DNA of 64,000 bases from an uncultured Actinomycetota bacterium (GTDB lineage: Bacteria; Actinomycetota; Actinomycetes; Mycobacteriales; Mycobacteriaceae): contig CAWJIX010000007.1 in NCBI GenBank assembly GCA_963843125.1, forward strand, positions 741,580 through 805,579, in the 5' to 3' direction. Position numbers and translations under genes: made by a program. Of this stretch, positions 58,392-64,000 are shown in pieces (position 1 is the stretch's first letter; each line of letters opens with the position of its first letter). The notes under the pieces were generated by a model. It had not been told where the DNA came from. It worked only from the letters and a program-made list of their open reading frames with translations, and did no database searches.

Positions 58392-59667
58392 TCCGTCCGC
58401 CCACGATCGTGGTGGCGACCATGTCAGACGCCAGCGTCTCCACGACAGCGGTCGGAGTGAGCACCATCAGGTCGCCGGGTTGACCGACGTCGACGGTGCG
58501 GGGCACCGACGGGCGGTCTGCGTGCCCGAGAAACATCCGCAGCGCCTGTTCGGCGGAGACGCACTCGTCGGGGCCGAGAACCTCGTTCCCTCCGGTGGTT
58601 CGGTGAACCGCTGCGCGCATCGCCGCCCACGGGTCCATGCCGCCGAAGGGCGCATCGGTGCTCGCGGCCATCGGGATACCGGCGCGCAGCAGCGACGCCA
58701 CCCGCCACAGCTGTCGGTGCTCGTCGGCCGGCACGTCACGCAGGTAGTGCTCACCGCGTTCGGCCACGAAATTGGGCTGGGTGACGACGGTGACCCCGGC
58801 ATCGACGAGGTCGGCGACCATGTCCTCGGGCACGACGGCGGCGTGCTCGATGCGGTCGCGCGGGTGGCCGCCCGCGGCCCGCAGGGCTGCAAGCGCAACG
58901 ACGAGTTGCGGGTGGGTGACACAGTGCAACGCGACCGGGGTGTCGTTGTCGTGATGGTTACCCACCCAGCCGGTGAGTTCGTCGACATCGAGCCGGTCGT
59001 CGTGCAGGATCCGCTTGCCGGGTGCGAGGAAGTGCAGCCGCTGCGGAATCTCACCCCGCCGATGGGCCACCGACAACCTCGCCACATCGTCGGCGCTGAG
59101 ATCCGGTGTGGCGTCGGTGATTCCGGTGACACCGTAGCGCGCGAGGTGAGCGGTGATGTCGGCGAGCACGGTCACCCGGCGCGGCAACGCGGCGGCCCAT
59201 TCGTCGGCGCTGTGCAGCCGGCCGTCCGGATGGTCGGCGAGGCCGACGCGCGACAGTGCCGCCGAGTTGAGGATCCACATCGCTCCGCTGCGGTGCTGGA
59301 TCCGTACCGGTGTTACTGCGACGAGCGCGTCGAGTTGCACTCGGTCGAGCTCACCGGCGACCGACGCGTGATAGCCGATGCCACGGATCCAGCCGTCGGG
59401 TCCCGGCTCGGCCGTCCGCAGGGCCTGCGCCAGTTGCTCTTTCGTCCGGACCTGCGGCGGTCCGACGGCAAGGGAGTCGACGGCGGCGGCCATCGCATGC
59501 AGGTGCAGGTGATGATCGTGCAGTCCGGGTAGCACCGCCCCGCCGTCCGCGTCGACCACCTGTTCGGAGTCCACCGCGACGATGCTGTCGGCGATGTCGG
59601 TGATTCGCTCCTCCACCCGAATATCGGCCACCCGGCCGTCGGGCAACTTGGCGTGACGAATCAGCAT
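58384..59667 (-). CDS. Amidohydrolase family protein
   Basis: PGLHDHHLH, HCV, RIEHA, STDAP metal-ligand motifs. Confidence 0.88.
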   Translation of the reverse strand: MLIRHAKLPDGRVADIRVEERITDIADSIVAVDSEQVVDADGGAVLPGLHDHHLHLHAMAAAVDSLAVGPPQVRTKEQLAQALRTAEPGPDGWIRGIGYHASVAGELDRVQLDALVAVTPVRIQHRSGAMWILNSAALSRVGLADHPDGRLHSADEWAAALPRRVTVLADITAHLARYGVTGITDATPDLSADDVARLSVAHRRGEIPQRLHFLAPGKRILHDDRLDVDELTGWVGNHHDNDTPVALHCVTHPQLVVALAALRAAGGHPRDRIEHAAVVPEDMVADLVDAGVTVVTQPNFVAERGEHYLRDVPADEHRQLWRVASLLRAGIPMAASTDAPFGGMDPWAAMRAAVHRTTGGNEVLGPDECVSAEQALRMFLGHADRPSVPRTVDVGQPGDLMVLTPTAVVETLASDMVATTIVGGRIS

Positions 59668-60800
59668 GTGGCGAGCCGGCTTTCGACCATTTCGCGCACG
59701 CGCTGGTTGTCGGCTCCCAGCTCGGCCGCCGGCGTCGACGGCAGCACGGGAACCCTGGGCGGTGCAGTGCCGTTCGCGCCGACGGTGAGCGGCAGCGCGG
59801 CATAGTCGGCGGCCACCTCGGCGAGCGCGATGTCGACGATCTCACCGCCGCCTCGCCCGAGCGAGTCGAGCACGGCCTGCGTCGCGGCCAGGCCGGTCAG
59901 CGGGTCGGCGATCGCGTCTCCGACGAATACCACGCCCGCGCCGACGAGGCCGCCCGCCACCGCGGCGTCGTCGCCGAACGCGACACGGTCGGCGCACCGC
60001 CCCTCTGTGCCATATCCCGTGACGCGCAACCAAATCCGGCCCGGTCGTCCCCGAACATGGTGGGCGCCGAGGCCGCGGCGGTTCAGTGCGGCAGGCCGTG
60101 AACCTTCGATCACCACGTCTGCGGCCTCGAGGAGTGCGCGAAGTTCGTCGTCCCCGAAGTCGACGGAGTACGACAGCTTCGAGGCGTTCATCCAGTCGAA
60201 GAACCGCGGATCGCCGCGGCGGGTGCCGTCGGGCCTGCTGCCGCTTTCGACCTTCACGACTGTGGCACCCGCCGTGGCGAGCAGATGTCCGCACAGCGGG
60301 CCCGCCCACATCGACGACAGATCAGCGACCAACAACCCAGACAAGCTGCGCGGCACCCGCTGCCCTGCGGTCACGATCCGCGGTGGCGCAGGAGCGACTT
60401 CGCCGAGCACCGCGGCGGGCAGGTCGAGCAGCCGGGCCCGCGCGACGAAGTCGTCCGCAGCGCGCTCCCCGGCCGCGGTGGCCAGCGCCGCCCACGGGTC
60501 ATCGGGTTGTTCGGCCATCTCGAGCAGCGCCGGGACCGTCTCGACATCCTCGGCGCGCGACAGCGTCAGCGCACACCAGCCGTCCCTGGTCGACAGCAGC
60601 CGCGTCGAACCGCCCGCCGAGATCCGCCCGGCCGGCGCCAGCCCGAGCAGTCCGGCCCGGCCGGTGAGGATCTCGTCGGCGTCGACGGTGACGGCGCCGC
60701 CGAGGTCGGCCACGCCGCGTCCGATGTCGCGCGCTGTCCGCCGGGCGCGGGCGAGCACAGCATCGGGGATGCGCGTCGAACCCACCAGGACATTGTGCAT
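59661..60800 (-). CDS. CoA-transferase family III (CaiB/BaiF)
   Basis: VADLSSMWAGP, VVKVES..RPD, ADVVIEG, ADPLTG. Confidence 0.88.
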   Translation of the reverse strand: MHNVLVGSTRIPDAVLARARRTARDIGRGVADLGGAVTVDADEILTGRAGLLGLAPAGRISAGGSTRLLSTRDGWCALTLSRAEDVETVPALLEMAEQPDDPWAALATAAGERAADDFVARARLLDLPAAVLGEVAPAPPRIVTAGQRVPRSLSGLLVADLSSMWAGPLCGHLLATAGATVVKVESGSRPDGTRRGDPRFFDWMNASKLSYSVDFGDDELRALLEAADVVIEGSRPAALNRRGLGAHHVRGRPGRIWLRVTGYGTEGRCADRVAFGDDAAVAGGLVGAGVVFVGDAIADPLTGLAATQAVLDSLGRGGGEIVDIALAEVAADYAALPLTVGANGTAPPRVPVLPSTPAAELGADNQRVREMVESRLATC

Positions 60801-60804
60801 GGCG

Positions 60805-61755
60805 CTACGCCGCCTCAACCGCGTCGACCAGTCCCCAGCCGAGCGCGGTGGCCGCATCGATGGTGCGCCCGGACAGCACCAGATACGCCGTGCGCCATCG
60901 GCCGACGCGTCGCGTCACGCTCACCGTCCCGCCGGCGCCCGGGATCAGACCGAGGCTCAATTCCGGCAGGCCGAGCACCGAATCACTGTGGGCGGCAACC
61001 CATCCGCAGAATGCCGCCATCTCCAACCCGCTGCCCAACACCTGACCGTGCACCTGCGCGCGGCAGCGGCCGCCCAGGCGGGTGGTGAGCTCGTCGAGGA
61101 CCAGCGCGGGGCTGTGCCGTACGCGTGCGATGTGGGCGCTCGCCGGGTCGGCGAACGATCCGAATTCGGCGAGGTCGCCGCCGCTACAGAAAGAGGGGCC
61201 GTTGCCGGTCAGGATCACCTCGTCGACCGACGGGTCGTGGCGGGCGACATCGAGGGCTTCCAGAAGCGCGGCGCGGGCATCGTTGGAGAACGCGTTGTGC
61301 CGGGCGGCCCGGTTGAACCGGACGTACAACGTGTCGCCGTCACGGGCGGCCAGCACGGGATCGGGCAGGACCGGTGCGCTCGCCGGCCCCCGCTGCCGCA
61401 ACCAGGCGGCGAACTCGCCGCCGGACTGCAGGGTCGAGTACGCCAGCGACTCGGTGATCACCCCCGCCAGCGCGGGAGCCGCCGGATCGGCCGCGCGCAG
61501 TACGTCGTCGCACACCGTCGACGCCTGCGGCCACGCGGCATAGCGCTCGATCAGCTCGGTGAGCGCCGCCGCGCTCGACTCGACCGTGACCACGCGGGTG
61601 TCGGTGACGGCATCCTCGCTGAGAGTGAAGGTGGCCCGGTTCAGCCACGGTTGCGCAGGAGGTGACGCGATGTCGGCGGCGGATCCGACCGCCACGACCA
61701 CCCCGGTCGGGGCGGGCGAATCGGTCGGCGGGCAACCGAGGTCAACGACGCGCAC
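60805..61755 (-). CDS. Enoyl-CoA hydratase/isomerase family protein with N-terminal extension
   Basis: FNRAARHNAF, SFCSGGDL, GSGLEMAAFC, LPELSLGLIPGAGG; GTG start 61755. Confidence 0.85.
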   Translation of the reverse strand: MRVVDLGCPPTDSPAPTGVVVAVGSAADIASPPAQPWLNRATFTLSEDAVTDTRVVTVESSAAALTELIERYAAWPQASTVCDDVLRAADPAAPALAGVITESLAYSTLQSGGEFAAWLRQRGPASAPVLPDPVLAARDGDTLYVRFNRAARHNAFSNDARAALLEALDVARHDPSVDEVILTGNGPSFCSGGDLAEFGSFADPASAHIARVRHSPALVLDELTTRLGGRCRAQVHGQVLGSGLEMAAFCGWVAAHSDSVLGLPELSLGLIPGAGGTVSVTRRVGRWRTAYLVLSGRTIDAATALGWGLVDAVEAA

Positions 61756-61769
61756 GGCTCCGCACGGAG

Positions 61770-62405
61770 CTACACCGGGTCGAAGGAGGAGATGAGCCAG
61801 CCGCCGTTGACCTTCTGCAGGGTCACCCGCACGGCGCTGTTGATGAAGCTGGCGTCGGGCCGGTCCTTGCTTTGGGTGGTCTGATTGATGAACACGAGCA
61901 CCACCGCGGTGGTCGGGTGCATCTCCGACACGGCGGCCCGCACGACCGCCGCCTGGGTCTTGACGGCCTTCTGCTTGGCTGCCGGCGTGACGATCTGTTC
62001 GGTGAACTGCGTGTAGTAGGAGAGGAAGCTGCCGGTGAGCTTGCTCTTGGCCGCCGCGAAGTCCTTGTCGAGGCTCTCCGGCGAATACGACAGCAGGGCA
62101 ACCGTGCCGTCGGAGGCAGCCTTGACCGCGCCCTGCATGGCTTCGTCGTTGGTCTGCCGATCCGGCTGGTAGACGAAAAAGAACATCCACGACGCCAGGC
62201 CCGCGGCCACGACGAGCGTCACGGCCAGCGCCACGGCGACCCAATGCTTCTTGGCGCCCTGACCAACCCGGGCAAAGGGTCTGCGCTTGGGCTTCGGCGG
62301 GGCCTGCTCCTCGATGGCGTCGCTCTCGACAGCGGTCGAGGCCGGCTCGTCGCCCTCGGTCACATCGACATCATCGACATCGCGAGCGTCCTGCTCAGAG
62401 GTCAC
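61770..62405 (-). CDS. Mce-associated membrane protein (Rv1362c-like)
   Basis: Acidic N-terminus, one TM helix, ALLSYSPESLDKDF, VVLVFINQ, WLISSFDPV. Confidence 0.88.
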   Translation of the reverse strand: MTSEQDARDVDDVDVTEGDEPASTAVESDAIEEQAPPKPKRRPFARVGQGAKKHWVAVALAVTLVVAAGLASWMFFFVYQPDRQTNDEAMQGAVKAASDGTVALLSYSPESLDKDFAAAKSKLTGSFLSYYTQFTEQIVTPAAKQKAVKTQAAVVRAAVSEMHPTTAVVLVFINQTTQSKDRPDASFINSAVRVTLQKVNGGWLISSFDPV

Positions 62406-63310
62406 GGTACGAACTCCACTTTCGCCAGCTTCAACTGTCCGCCGTCGCGCTCCAGGTTGACGCTGAGCCGCCACGAACGGGGCTCCTGCTTGGCGCCTGC
62501 GGAGTTGGTGACGCGCGATGTCGCGGCGACGAGGACGGTTGCGGTGTCGTCACCGTTCATCGACTCGACGGCCGTCGCGGTCACGTTCGTCACGGTGACC
62601 GCCTTCGATTCGGTCGCCACCTTGACGAAATCGTCCGCGGTGTTCTGGAAGTCGGTCTTGAACTCTCCGGTCGAGCTGTCGATGATGTGCTGGACGTCTT
62701 CCTTGGCCTTGTTGTAGTCCAGCGACATCAGCGTCACGACGCCCTGACGGGCAGCGGCCTCGAACTCGGCCCTGCGATCGAGTTCGGCCTGCGACTTGCG
62801 GTGGTTCCAGAACATGAAGCCACAGCCGGTCAGCAGTGCGGCGATGAGGAGCACCGCGACAGTGGCCGCGATGCCCTTCCACGTCGGCAATGGGACCCGG
62901 ATCCGGACACCCGGCCGCTCTCGGGTCGGCTCGTCGTCGGAGGCGTCGGCGGGGCTACTTTCGGCCCGATCGACCGCGTCGGCCTCGGCCGACTCTTCCT
63001 TTTTCTCGTCCCGGGTGTCCTCTTCGACCGGGTCGTCCTGCGTGTCAGGCTCGGCTACCGTCTCGGCCGCCTTGGCCTCCTCGGCGGCCTTCGCCTCCTC
63101 GGCGGCCTTGGCCTCCTCGGCTTCCCGGCGCAGGCGGAGGGCACGCGCTCGGGCCCTCGCGGCGGCGGCCGCCGCTTCGGCCTCAGCGGCCTCGGCTTCT
63201 GCCTCCTCCGCCAGCGCGAGCGCGTCGACGCCGGCCACATCTGTCGCCTCGGCGGCCTCGTCGACGTGGTCGCCGTTCAGTTCCGGCGGAGTCTGCTTCC
63301 GGGACCGCAT
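62402..63310 (-). CDS. Mce-associated membrane protein (Rv1363c-like)
   Basis: AEAEAAEAEAAAAAARARA, TM helix, LDYNKAKEDV..IIDSSTGEF, PRSWRL, KVEFVP. Confidence 0.88.
   Translation of the reverse strand: MRSRKQTPPELNGDHVDEAAEATDVAGVDALALAEEAEAEAAEAEAAAAAARARARALRLRREAEEAKAAEEAKAAEEAKAAETVAEPDTQDDPVEEDTRDEKKEESAEADAVDRAESSPADASDDEPTRERPGVRIRVPLPTWKGIAATVAVLLIAALLTGCGFMFWNHRKSQAELDRRAEFEAAARQGVVTLMSLDYNKAKEDVQHIIDSSTGEFKTDFQNTADDFVKVATESKAVTVTNVTATAVESMNGDDTATVLVAATSRVTNSAGAKQEPRSWRLSVNLERDGGQLKLAKVEFVP
63071..63121. repeat. About 3 x 18-bp tandem repeat encoding (A)EEAKAA
   Basis: CTT(G/C)GCCTCCTCGGCGGC units. Confidence 0.85.
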
Positions 63311-63457
63311 GCAACCTCCTGTCCGGTAAGCACTGTGCTCAATGAGAATGGCATTTTCTATTTTTGGTATCGCCGCGACGATACAGGATGCACAGACCGA
63401 CTGAATTCAAGCATGTCCTGCGGAAATGCTATTTACGCGCTGTGCGGGCGCTTAGCG

Positions 63458-64000
63458 CTATCCGTTGATCAGCTGGTCCTTCATCACTTTGCCTGTCGCG
63501 TTCAGCGGCAGCTCGTCCAGAAACTCTACGTATCGCGGCACCTTGAAACCAGCCATTCGGTCCCGGCTCCACGCAGTGATGTCATCGGCGCTCAGCGCAT
63601 TCGCCTGCCCGCTCTTGAGCACGACGAACGCCTTGCCGACCTGCCCGAGGCGGTCATCGGGCACCCCGATCACCGCGGCCTGGGCGACGGCGGGATGCTC
63701 GAGCAGGAACCCCTCGATCTCGGCGGGGTAGGCGTTGAACCCGCCGACGATGAACATGTCCTTCTTGCGGCCGACGATCCGAAGACGGCCGGTGTCATCG
63801 ATTGTGCCGAGGTCGCCGGTGTGCAGCCAGCCGTCGGCGTCGATCGCCTCAGCGGTTGCCGCTGGATCGTCGAGGTAGCCCTGCATGACGGTGAAGCCGC
63901 GCATCAGCACCTCACCGTCCTCGGCGATACGCAGTTCCACACCACCCATCGGCAGGCCCGCGGTCGTCGCGATGTCCTCCGCTGAGTCGCCCCGTCGCGA
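63458..64000 (-). CDS. Acyl-CoA synthetase (FadD3-like), 5' truncated by window edge
   Basis: GWLHTGDLG, GRKKDMFIVGGFNAYPAEIE, LPLNATGKV. Confidence 0.9.
   Translation of the reverse strand, partial: SRRGDSAEDIATTAGLPMGGVELRIAEDGEVLMRGFTVMQGYLDDPAATAEAIDADGWLHTGDLGTIDDTGRLRIVGRKKDMFIVGGFNAYPAEIEGFLLEHPAVAQAAVIGVPDDRLGQVGKAFVVLKSGQANALSADDITAWSRDRMAGFKVPRYVEFLDELPLNATGKVMKDQLING

Overview
High-GC mycobacterial chromosome segment, probably from a fast-growing Mycolicibacterium-type genome. From recalled gene order it is syntenic with the M. tuberculosis Rv2495c-Rv2525c region. The conserved backbone is the BkaR-controlled leucine/branched-chain keto-acid operon (accD1-accA1-fadE19-maoC-citE-bkdABC), cmrA, a HerA-like ATPase, orn, tRNA-His, ldtB, tRNA-Lys, bcp, an M20 dipeptidase, acpS and the 9.2 kb fas gene. 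After that come a polyamine-type ABC importer, regulators, and an acyl-CoA catabolic/Mce-associated cluster. Three accessory insertions fall within about 16 kb. (1) After tRNA-His: a decayed type VII-type helper/toxin/tandem-immunity locus and an intact IS1380 with TSD CTAAG. (2) After tRNA-Lys: integrase and IS3 scars, an intact neprosin-family glutamic peptidase with a Lys-rich tail, a YVTN-propeller pseudogene, an unknown membrane protein and a LAL/LuxR regulator with a small partner gene. (3) A 1.4 kb insertion bounded by 21-bp direct repeats inside the 3' end of bcp, which replaces its C-terminal helix and carries a lipocalin and a helical protein. A 16-bp box (RRGTAS-N4-CTACGC) occurs four times, each 23-24 nt upstream of a -10-like hexamer, suggesting an uncharacterised activator regulon. 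All family assignments come from motif recognition without database searches.
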